51,208 bases of DNA from a virus. The position numbers and the translations under genes are program-made. The stretch lies in IMG/VR virus record IMGVR_UViG_3300014789_000001; one strand, written 5' to 3'. The notes under the pieces were generated by a model that did not search any database, had not been told where the DNA came from, and saw only the letters and a list, made by a program, of their open reading frames with translations. Positions 1-7,502 of the stretch are shown piece by piece (the first letter of the stretch is position 1; each line of letters starts with the position of its first letter).

Positions 1-95
1 AGGCGTCCGACGCTTGGAAGCCTATGCCGTAGGTGAGGTCTCTTGCGTCTGCCAAGTTTTCACCTCCTTAAATGCCGGAATAGCCGCCCCCGAAG
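1..95. repeat. Terminal direct repeat, copy 1 (identical to 51114..51208)
   Basis: A hand comparison of the two window ends gives an exact 95-bp match. The repeat covers the 5' end and RBS of the tape-measure gene. Confidence 0.9.
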
Positions 96-101
96 GGACG
101 G

Positions 102-350
102 CTATTTATTTCTGTTGGGGTTCCATTCGCCTTGCCACAGCAAGCGGGCCTCGACGGCTTCCCGGTACTCTCTCAAGTCCATCTCTTTGAGCTCGGAGTA
201 GGTGATGCCGCTGCCGGCGAACACCATGCACCAGAATTCCTTGTTCCGCCGGGCCCGCCGCTGCGCTGCGGCTATGCTGGCCTCACTCTCGAAGAAAGTT
301 CTCGATGGCCTTGATGAGCCCCTCCGGGGTCTTGAGGTCATCCTTCTCAT
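102..350 (-). CDS. Tail assembly chaperone, frameshift-extension frame (gpT-like part)
   Basis: This ORF overlaps the 3' end of 283..615 in the +1 frame and lies between the tube and tape-measure genes. It has no convincing RBS of its own. Confidence 0.4.
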   Translation of the reverse strand: MRRMTSRPRRGSSRPSRTFFESEASIAAAQRRARRNKEFWCMVFAGSGITYSELKEMDLREYREAVEARLLWQGEWNPNRNK

Positions 351-615
351 CGAAGTAGGCCATGCCTTCGTTTCTCACCTCGGCGGGCGCGATGACGCAG
401 TTTTTGAACATCCTATCCATGTACTCCGCGCTCTTGCGCTTGCCGCTGCCGGTGTTCCCGCACTCATCGTTAGTCTCGTAGTACCACGACGGGGAAACGC
501 TCTGCAGGGTGAATTCGGTTCCATTGACAGTTACCTTTTTCTGACGAGCCATATACTTTCGGTAGCCCCTTTCTGATAATGATTTCGGCCTTTCCGGCCA
601 GTTTTTCTTTGCCAT
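283..615 (-). CDS. Tail assembly chaperone (gpG-like)
   Basis: A 110-aa ORF in the conserved position between the tube and tape-measure genes. The assignment rests mainly on synteny. Confidence 0.5.
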   Translation of the reverse strand: MAKKNWPERPKSLSERGYRKYMARQKKVTVNGTEFTLQSVSPSWYYETNDECGNTGSGKRKSAEYMDRMFKNCVIAPAEVRNEGMAYFDEKDDLKTPEGLIKAIENFLRE

Positions 616-628
616 CCGTATCCCCGCC

Positions 629-1033
629 TTAACGGTAGTTGAGGTCGGGGATGTAGACGTTGACGGTGACGGTGGTGGGGTCTTTGCTTCTGGGGGTGTC
701 CGGCATCTTGAGGATGCGGCAGTTCTCCTCGCTGACCTGAATGGCGTCGGCGTCGTTGACGTCCGAGACGGAGAAGCGAACGGGACGCCGCTTCGCGCAA
801 ATCTCGCGCAGGTACGCGAGGCTCGAGGAAGTGCTCATGAGGGGCAGGGCGGCGTTGCCGCTGTTGTTCGCGTTCTCGCTGTATGCGACGTCGCCCTTGG
901 CCCCCACGCTGGGCGTGACGGCGTCCTCATTGTGGGTGAGGGTTACGACGCCGTCTGCGGCAAAGCCGGTGATTACCCGGCCTCCGATGGACACAGTGAC
1001 CTTCTTGGGGTCGTAGGTGCTGACTTCCGGCAT
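629..1033 (-). CDS. Tail tube protein (DUF3277-like)
   Basis: A 134-aa ORF directly downstream of the sheath-like gene, with an N-terminus (KKVTVSIGGRVITGFA) typical of small tube proteins of contractile tails. Confidence 0.55.
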   Translation of the reverse strand: MPEVSTYDPKKVTVSIGGRVITGFAADGVVTLTHNEDAVTPSVGAKGDVAYSENANNSGNAALPLMSTSSSLAYLREICAKRRPVRFSVSDVNDADAIQVSEENCRILKMPDTPRSKDPTTVTVNVYIPDLNYR

Positions 1034-1052
1034 AGTGTGTTCCTCCTTTCAC

Positions 1053-2147
1053 TTACGCGGTGAGGGTGGCCCGCAGGGTGCCTACCACCTTGACGCGGTG
1101 GACAGCGCCCTCGAGAAGGGCCTCCCAAGTGATGTCCGGCATCTGGCGGGCGCGGGCCTCCTCATCCGTGGCATCGGCCCGCTTGGGGACGACGACGGAG
1201 AAGACGCCTGCATCGCTCTCCGGGTCTCTGGCGATGATGCCGAGGTCGGTGGCCCGGTTGAGGGTTGCGAAGACGGCTCCGGCCACCAGCGCGAAGCCTG
1301 CGTCGGTGTAGGGCACCTTCGCATTCTCGAGCAGGACGGCGTAGAGCTCCTCCCTCATGTAGCTGGCGATGTAGTCTGCGCCGAGCTGGTTGTCGATGAA
1401 TTCGCCGTCGCAGCAGACGCCATTCTTGACGTACTGCTTCTTGTACTCCTCCGTGAGGAAGTTGACGTTTGCCTCCTCGAGGGCCTCCCTCTGGGCGCTG
1501 GTGATTGCCGGCATGGTGATGCCCTGCGGTACCTTGAACTTCCACGTTACGCTCTGGGGGTAGAAGGGGCCGACGTTGCCGAGATAGGCGGCGTCCGCCT
1601 CCTCGTCGAGGTTCTCGGTGTCGGTGTAGATGAGGGCACACCGGCGGTTCGTGACGGCCAGAGAGAGGTTGTCGGTCTGGCCGAAGTAGAATTTGCGATG
1701 GTCTTCCTCGCCCGCGCCGAGCTCTGCCTCCGTCGGCTCCGTGCCCTCCGCCCACGCACAAAGAGCTTTGACGTAGTCGTCTCCGTCTTGGTCGGTGAGC
1801 AGAATATACCAGTCGTCGTCGGTCTGGCGGAGGGTCTCGATGGCGGTGATAAGGGCCTGCGCCTTCTCCGCGTCGCCTGTCCCGGTGGGGGGCTCGATGC
1901 CGGCGATTTTGACCTTGCGGATGAGGGTGTCTGCGAGTGTGGTCTTGCCCTGCTCAAACAAGGCATTGACCTTCCGATAGATTTTCGCGGTGTCGCCGCT
2001 GTTGGGGTAGTCCTCCGCCACTTCCTCAATGCTGCGGTAGATGGCGGGGTCTTTGGCCCCGGCGGTGCTCAAGATGAGGATGTCGAGCGCCTCCGAGGGG
2101 TTCGGCTTCGCGTCGAGGTTCACGACGACGATAACGTCTTTCGGCAT
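1053..2147 (-). CDS. Tail sheath-like protein (DUF3383-like)
   Basis: A 364-aa ORF starting at ATG 2147 with AAAGGAG upstream. It precedes the tube gene, and the baseplate J/V/W genes elsewhere in the window argue for a contractile tail. Confidence 0.55.
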   Translation of the reverse strand: MPKDVIVVVNLDAKPNPSEALDILILSTAGAKDPAIYRSIEEVAEDYPNSGDTAKIYRKVNALFEQGKTTLADTLIRKVKIAGIEPPTGTGDAEKAQALITAIETLRQTDDDWYILLTDQDGDDYVKALCAWAEGTEPTEAELGAGEEDHRKFYFGQTDNLSLAVTNRRCALIYTDTENLDEEADAAYLGNVGPFYPQSVTWKFKVPQGITMPAITSAQREALEEANVNFLTEEYKKQYVKNGVCCDGEFIDNQLGADYIASYMREELYAVLLENAKVPYTDAGFALVAGAVFATLNRATDLGIIARDPESDAGVFSVVVPKRADATDEEARARQMPDITWEALLEGAVHRVKVVGTLRATLTA

Positions 2148-2152
2148 TTGGT

Positions 2153-2689
2153 TCACTCCTTTTCTTGTTTGGTGACGACGTTTTGGAGAATGTCGTCTCT
2201 CCGCTGGTCGTCCTTGGTGTAGCGGACGCGCACGTCAAAGCCATACCGGCGGGCCGCTTCGTCGATGACGAGGGTGGTTCGGTTTCCGACGTTCGTAACC
2301 TCCGCGACGACGATGCCCTTGTTGGAGAGGTCGTTGTAGCCGCCCTGCAACAGGTAGCCGATGGCCTTCTCTGTGATGCTCTGGGCTTCATCGTCTCCGT
2401 AGACGTACTCCTCGCCGTCCCACCTGTTTTCGGAGCAGGCGGTGAAGGAGAAGGTAGCGGAAGGCTGCTCGCGCCTGTTATCGACGAGCGCCTCGGTGCC
2501 GTCTTCGCCCTCGATGACGGTCTGGGTGTGGTCGCCGAGCTCTCCCGTCGATGCGTATGGTGCCGTGACGCTGTAAACGATGAAGGGCACCTCCGCCTCC
2601 GGCTGCACTTGGTCGCTCAAGAGGACAGGGATGCCGAGCGCCGCCGCGAGGCTCGAGACGAGCGTGTTTCTGACTTCGAGGAATGTCAT
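2153..2689 (-). CDS. Neck/tail-terminator-like virion protein
   Basis: A 178-aa ORF whose ATG overlaps the upstream stop (ATGA). It lies between the connector genes and the sheath. The 517-aa ORF on the track is a read-through of non-coding frame. Confidence 0.4.
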   Translation of the reverse strand: MTFLEVRNTLVSSLAAALGIPVLLSDQVQPEAEVPFIVYSVTAPYASTGELGDHTQTVIEGEDGTEALVDNRREQPSATFSFTACSENRWDGEEYVYGDDEAQSITEKAIGYLLQGGYNDLSNKGIVVAEVTNVGNRTTLVIDEAARRYGFDVRVRYTKDDQRRDDILQNVVTKQEKE

Positions 2690-3051
2690 TTCGGCGAGCT
2701 CACTCCCTTCTTCTCGACAACATATCGTTTCAGCGGGTGGATGGGCCCGTGGGTAAGCTCTTGCTTTACGGTATAGACCTGCCCGTCGAAGGTGTCTCGT
2801 ACCTGCTGCCCGACGGTGAGGCTGTGGCCGTTGGTGTAGAGCTTTTGGCTGTTCTGCGTGTAGGTGCCCGCGATGGCGTACTGCAGGTCTTCGTTGTTGA
2901 CCGGCATGACGACGCCTTTGAAGGTCTTGGACGTCGGCTTCGTGGGCTTCCACTGGCCTCCGTTCGCTTGGTCGTAGCTGCCGCCGGGCTCGAGCTCCTC
3001 GATGTCGTGCAGCAGCCCGAGGGGGATGGTGGGCTTTGCGTACTTGAACAT
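2686..3051 (-). CDS. Head-tail joining / tail completion protein (hypothetical)
   Basis: A 121-aa ORF assigned by its position in the connector block. Confidence 0.4.
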   Translation of the reverse strand: MFKYAKPTIPLGLLHDIEELEPGGSYDQANGGQWKPTKPTSKTFKGVVMPVNNEDLQYAIAGTYTQNSQKLYTNGHSLTVGQQVRDTFDGQVYTVKQELTHGPIHPLKRYVVEKKGVSSPK

Positions 3052-3054
3052 GGG

Positions 3055-3672
3055 CTATCCCTCCTCGATTTCGTAGGTGATGGATTGGTAGAGGCGTCCC
3101 GTGCTGTAAAGAGGCTTCCCGCTCTTGGTGGTCTCCATTGTGATGCTGCTCTTGGGCGGGTCGATGCCCTTCATGATGTAGGCCTGCGTCATGGCCGCCG
3201 CCCGTTCGCCGATGAGGGCCGCCGCCTCTCTGGCGGTTCCTCCCTCGAGGACAATTTTGTCGATGGCTGCCTTGCAAGCCTCCGCGAGTTCGTTCTTCCC
3301 GTGGTCGAAACTGCCTCGGATGAAGCTGCGCTCCGGGATGGTGACGGAAGGGAGGAGAAGGAACAGGAAATTGAATTTCCCGTTCCCCTTGTCCGTAACT
3401 CCGAACAGATGCCCTTCCTCCGACGTGATGAAGAAAAGCCCTTGGAAGTCCCTCGGGCTTTTCCCCTCCGCCTCCCGCGAGATGGGAATTGCGAGGTTCT
3501 TTACGTTCTTGGCGCGGATGGTCGCCCCATATTCGTGGACGCCGGCTATCATGAGGAGGTAGCTGTCTGCGTCTCCTTGGATGCCGACGTGGATTTTCAA
3601 GGCTTGAAGGGCCTTGAGTTCTGTCTTGATGCGCTCGAGCTCTGGGCGCAGGGTGTCTCTGATAATCGCCAC
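3055..3672 (-). CDS. HK97 gp10-like tail/neck component
   Basis: A 205-aa ORF starting at GTG 3672 after GAGGAGG. It begins IRDTLRPELERI..IHVGIQG, like HK97 gp10-family proteins. Confidence 0.5.
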   Translation of the reverse strand: MAIIRDTLRPELERIKTELKALQALKIHVGIQGDADSYLLMIAGVHEYGATIRAKNVKNLAIPISREAEGKSPRDFQGLFFITSEEGHLFGVTDKGNGKFNFLFLLLPSVTIPERSFIRGSFDHGKNELAEACKAAIDKIVLEGGTAREAAALIGERAAAMTQAYIMKGIDPPKSSITMETTKSGKPLYSTGRLYQSITYEIEEG

Positions 3673-3683
3673 GGCCCACCTCC

Positions 3684-4325
3684 TCACAAGCGGGTGTAGT
3701 AGCCAATGGTCGTGAGCCAGCTCTCTCGCGGGTTCTTGTCGAACGTCCAAGAAACGTCGGAAATGCTGAACGCGGACAGGCCTTGCGCCCCGTTCTGCAT
3801 GATGGAGAATTCCTGCTGGATAATCCCCCACACCACTCCCTGCAGGTCTGCGGGGAGGGTGCAGGGGTCGTCTTCCGTGGCGTCCTTCGGGAGGACGTAA
3901 CCGGCGGTGTACTTGACCTCCAAATACCTCGCTGCGAGGAGGAAGTCGTAGGACAGGCCGCCGACGTAGCCCCGGAAAGTCCAGCCGTTGTCCTTGTAGA
4001 GGACGCCGATTTCTCCGTCTACGGTGTAGTCGTACTCCTCCGACGGGATGATGCTCCCGTCGGTGGTGTCCTTGACGTACTCGACATTGATGATGGGCCA
4101 TTGGAGCAAGACGAGCTCTTGCGCCCCAGAGGCGACGTAGCGTTGTGTGTACTGCTGACGCCCGAGCTTCCGGCCTGTCATTCGCTCAATCCACGCCGAG
4201 GCGTAGTTGATGAGGTTCACGAGCATGGCGTCTCGCTGCTCATCCACGTCGTCCGGGGCGATGCCGAGCATGATTTTCACGTCCTCGAGGGTAGTGAGGG
4301 CGTTGTCGGCCAGCTTTGCGCTCAT
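3684..4325 (-). CDS. Head-tail connector (gp6-like adaptor)
   Basis: A 213-aa ORF whose N-terminus (LTTLEDVKIMLGI..DDVDEQRDAML..LINYASAWIE) is typical of the Phage_connect_1/gp6 family. Confidence 0.55.
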   Translation of the reverse strand: MSAKLADNALTTLEDVKIMLGIAPDDVDEQRDAMLVNLINYASAWIERMTGRKLGRQQYTQRYVASGAQELVLLQWPIINVEYVKDTTDGSIIPSEEYDYTVDGEIGVLYKDNGWTFRGYVGGLSYDFLLAARYLEVKYTAGYVLPKDATEDDPCTLPADLQGVVWGIIQQEFSIMQNGAQGLSAFSISDVSWTFDKNPRESWLTTIGYYTRL

Positions 4326-4362
4326 AGGTTCGTCACCTCCTGACGGAAGGAAAGGAAGGCGG

Positions 4363-4494
4363 CTACTCGCCGCCCTCCTCGACCTTCTCGGTGTTCTTCT
4401 TGCCCTTGCCCGCGCTGCCGTTGTCCTTGGTCTCCGTCACCGGGGCCGCCTTCTTATTACTCTCGGGGCGGGGCTGCTTATACACTCTGGACAT
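4363..4494 (-). CDS. Small Lys-rich hypothetical protein (43 aa)
   Basis: This ORF is not on the ORF track. It starts at ATG 4494 with TAAGGAGGG upstream and fills the gap between neighbouring genes. Confidence 0.35.
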   Translation of the reverse strand: MSRVYKQPRPESNKKAAPVTETKDNGSAGKGKKNTEKVEEGGE

Positions 4495-4508
4495 AGCTGT
4501 CTCCCTCC

Positions 4509-4922
4509 TTACACCGGCTGCACGTTCTTATCGCCGAGGGCGATGGCGCAGGTGGCGGTGCAGCTCGGGGAGGTTCCGCCGGTGCACTCCACGGCGACAG
4601 TCGCCTTGATGAACTGCTTACAGCCCACGAGGTCGATGTCGATGTTGTGGAGCTCACTGCCTGCGGGGTCTGCCTCGATGGTGACCGCGCCGGTGTCGTC
4701 AGCGGTCTTGCCGGGTACGACGAGCTTGTCAGCGACAGGGGTGTAGCTGCCGCCCTCGGTGTCGCACTCGGTAAACGTCACCTTGACGGTGATGCCGGTG
4801 GGGGTGCCGGTGGCAGCGCCGAGGGAGACGCCCAGCACGGCAGAGAGGTAGCCCTCTCTGTCGATGGCGTCGCCGCTGGTGTAGGGCTGCACCTTCACGT
4901 TCTCAAGAAGTTCTCTTTTCAT
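4509..4922 (-). CDS. Hypothetical virion protein (possible head decoration)
   Basis: A 137-aa ORF immediately downstream of the major capsid gene. Confidence 0.4.
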   Translation of the reverse strand: MKRELLENVKVQPYTSGDAIDREGYLSAVLGVSLGAATGTPTGITVKVTFTECDTEGGSYTPVADKLVVPGKTADDTGAVTIEADPAGSELHNIDIDLVGCKQFIKATVAVECTGGTSPSCTATCAIALGDKNVQPV

Positions 4923-4958
4923 GCTGCTGTTCCTCCTTTGGTGTTATGCGCCTTCGCT

Positions 4959-6488
4959 TTACGCGATGGCGACGTTCTTGACGACGATGAAGCTCTCCGC
5001 GTGACGGGCCGCGATGTCCACATACATGAGGGCACGGGTGGCGGAGAGGTTCTCCTCGAAGGCGTTGTGCTGGACGCCGTTCTCATCCGTCCAAGAGCCG
5101 TCGAGGGTGGTGTAGGTCTCGAGGCCGAGCTGCTCGCCCACGAGGAGGTCTGCCCAGTTGCCGAAGATGATGGTGGTCTTGTTGCTGGCGGTCTCAATCT
5201 GGTTGGAGACCTTGTAGGGGAAGCCCAGAAGTTTGCCGCCGTTCATCTCCTCGCGGTAGATGTACTCGCCCGTGGTGGTCTTCATGTTCTTGAGGAAGCC
5301 CTCGACGAAGCTGTTGAACGTCCAGCCGAGGCCGAGGTCGTCAACGTTCTTCGCCAGCACCTTGGACACCAGCCACACGGGGAAGTCGGCGGTGATTTTG
5401 CCGTCCGCGCTGGCGAGGTCGGTGTTGTTCAGCGCGGTAGCGTCAACGTTCTCGACCTCCTTGTTCTTGGCGACGCCGAGAGGCTGGAATTCACCGCCGC
5501 TACCGAACATACCGCCGTAGTCGAGGCCCAGCTCCATGCGACGGGTGAGGTCGTTGGCGAAAAGGGCGTCGGCGGAGTAGTTGGTGCTCATGAGCAGCTC
5601 GCGGGTCTGGGGTACGATGGCCTCGAGGCGCTTCGCGCTCATCTTGATATTGCCGAAGGTGGGCTGGCTCTTGGCAATCTTACGAGCCTCGCCGCCCCAC
5701 GTCGCACGAGCGCCGGAGGTCATCTTGGGGATGTTGAGGTTGCCGTTCGCCATAGGTACCTTGCGAGCGCCGAGCTCGAAGATGACGGTCTTGGCGTACA
5801 GCATCTCGATAATCTCATCGAGGTAAATCTCCGGGATGAGGTAGCCGCCGGAGCTGGGGGAAGTGGCGGACATGGCCTTGAATTCGCGGGCCATAGCCTC
5901 ATCGCCGTAGTTCTTCTTGGCGTAGTAGGCTGCGGCCTCGGGGTCGTGCCGGCCAAAGACGTCCAGGCACTTCACAGCGCGGGCGAGCTGCACGTCGGCG
6001 GGGATTTTCTTCTTCTCGACGGTGACGACCTTGCGGGGCAGGTAGATGTCCGCGTACTTGCGCTGCGCCGGGGCTGCGGTGCGCTTCTTGGTCTGGCGGG
6101 CGGCGGCGGTCTTGGTGGCCTTGCCCTCCGCGACCTCCTCCTCGGACTTCTCCTCGGTCTCGGCGTCGTCAGCCTTGGCCTCCTCCTCGGCGGTGAGACC
6201 GTCAAGGATAGCGGCGGCCTCGGAGATGATTTCGTCGGGAGTAATCTCCTCGGGCACCTCCTCACCGGCCTCCTTGCGGGCCTTGCGCTTCTCGGTGGCG
6301 GCCTCGACGGCCTCCTCGATGACGCTCATGACGTCCATGCCCTCACCGGCGGTCTCCTCGGCGGGCGGGGTGTCTTCCTTCTCCTCGCCGAGGCACTCGG
6401 CGACGGCGGCCTTCACCATCTCCTTGAGGTCGTCTGCGCTCATCTTGAGGGACTTGCCGCTTGGAGTGTTTTTGTTGTTCATAGCCAT
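4959..6488 (-). CDS. Major capsid protein, HK97 fold, with long acidic N-terminal (delta/scaffold-like) region
   Basis: A 509-aa ORF starting at ATG 6488 after AAAGGAGG. The C-terminal ~330 aa look like an HK97 major capsid protein (GGYLIPE, TWGGE, PQTRELL), and the gene follows the prohead protease. Confidence 0.85.
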   Translation of the reverse strand: MAMNNKNTPSGKSLKMSADDLKEMVKAAVAECLGEEKEDTPPAEETAGEGMDVMSVIEEAVEAATEKRKARKEAGEEVPEEITPDEIISEAAAILDGLTAEEEAKADDAETEEKSEEEVAEGKATKTAAARQTKKRTAAPAQRKYADIYLPRKVVTVEKKKIPADVQLARAVKCLDVFGRHDPEAAAYYAKKNYGDEAMAREFKAMSATSPSSGGYLIPEIYLDEIIEMLYAKTVIFELGARKVPMANGNLNIPKMTSGARATWGGEARKIAKSQPTFGNIKMSAKRLEAIVPQTRELLMSTNYSADALFANDLTRRMELGLDYGGMFGSGGEFQPLGVAKNKEVENVDATALNNTDLASADGKITADFPVWLVSKVLAKNVDDLGLGWTFNSFVEGFLKNMKTTTGEYIYREEMNGGKLLGFPYKVSNQIETASNKTTIIFGNWADLLVGEQLGLETYTTLDGSWTDENGVQHNAFEENLSATRALMYVDIAARHAESFIVVKNVAIA

Positions 6489-6504
6489 TGTTGGTGTTCC
6501 TCCT

Positions 6505-7491
6505 TTAGAGTGTGATTTCAATGGTGGGTTGTGCCGGGGCTTTCTTGAGGCCCCGGATGGGATAACGCTTGCGCGACTTGGATTTCTCGCCTTCGACCTC
6601 GGAAATGAGGGCGTCGAGGGTCTTGGCTGCCTTCTTCATCGTCTCGCTCGCCTCTTTGAGTGTCTTGAGGCGGGCGGAGCTGATTTTCCGGCCTTCCTTG
6701 ACCTCTGCGGCTGCGTCCTCGGTGAGCTTCACGGCCCTGTCGGCGGTCTCTGCGGCCTTGTAGCCGATGACCGTCGCCTCGGGGTTCATGGCCCACGTCA
6801 CGACGCTCACCTCCCAGAGTTTTACCTCCCGGAGATGCCGTATGCCCGTTTCGTCGTAGTCGAATACGATGGGGTCGTACCCGATGGACAGCTCATTGAG
6901 GACGCCGTCTTTCAGCAGCACCTTGACGTCGCGCCCCATCGCGGTGTCGCTGATTTTGGCCTTGATGTAGAGGCCCTTGCTATCCTCTCTGACTTCAAGT
7001 GGGCGTCCGATGGGGAGAAGGCTGTCGTTATGCAGCGCGAGTATCTTCACTCGCTCAAATCCTTCGGCGATGGTCTTCGTGAAGGCTCCGGGCTCTACGA
7101 TGTCGCCGCCGTCATCGACGTTGCCGAAGACGGAGCCGTAGCCGGAGAAGATGCCTTGCTCCTCGTCATAATCGTCCACGTTGAAAAGCAGGGTCTTGTA
7201 CTCGGTCTTCCGGCCCTGCTGCTTCGCCCCTCGGGCGAGGGATTTCTCCCATGCGGTAACTCCCGCCTTGGGAGAGTAATAATTCGGCGAGACGCGAAGG
7301 TTTGCCAGCGCGAGCTTCGCCGCTATTACCGGGTCTTCTGCGACGACGTTGGTCGCCGCGTCCTTGGTGCCGTGTCTGGCGGCCTCAACAGCCATTCCAG
7401 CGGCCAAAGCCTCGGGGCGTATCTTTTCCCCTTCGAGGTCTACGCCGATGTTTCTGGCGGCCTCTGCGGCTTGCTGTGCGGTATATTCCAT
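6505..7491 (-). CDS. Prohead serine protease (HK97/S78 family)
   Basis: Carries the motifs FSGYGSVFGNVDDGGDIVEPGAFTKT, LALHNDSLLPIG and ELSIGY. It starts at ATG 7491 after TAGGAGG. Confidence 0.85.
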   Translation of the reverse strand: MEYTAQQAAEAARNIGVDLEGEKIRPEALAAGMAVEAARHGTKDAATNVVAEDPVIAAKLALANLRVSPNYYSPKAGVTAWEKSLARGAKQQGRKTEYKTLLFNVDDYDEEQGIFSGYGSVFGNVDDGGDIVEPGAFTKTIAEGFERVKILALHNDSLLPIGRPLEVREDSKGLYIKAKISDTAMGRDVKVLLKDGVLNELSIGYDPIVFDYDETGIRHLREVKLWEVSVVTWAMNPEATVIGYKAAETADRAVKLTEDAAAEVKEGRKISSARLKTLKEASETMKKAAKTLDALISEVEGEKSKSRKRYPIRGLKKAPAQPTIEITL

Positions 7492-7502
7492 TGAGCTACC
7501 TC

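Noticed and set aside
2153-3706. A 517-aa minus-strand ORF spanning several connector genes.
   Set aside because: Only its last 178 codons (from ATG 2689) look protein-like. The upstream part is Arg/Pro/His-rich off-frame read-through that overlaps the real genes at 2686..3051 and 3055..3672.
4647-6515. A 622-aa + strand ORF opposite the capsid gene. Similar long + strand ORFs occur at 1017..2222, 11630..13159, 23712..25592, 38802..40460 and 43399..44433.
   Set aside because: All are antisense to well-supported minus-strand genes, have Gly/Ala/Arg/Leu-biased composition, and lack SD sequences. I treat them as non-coding shadow frames.
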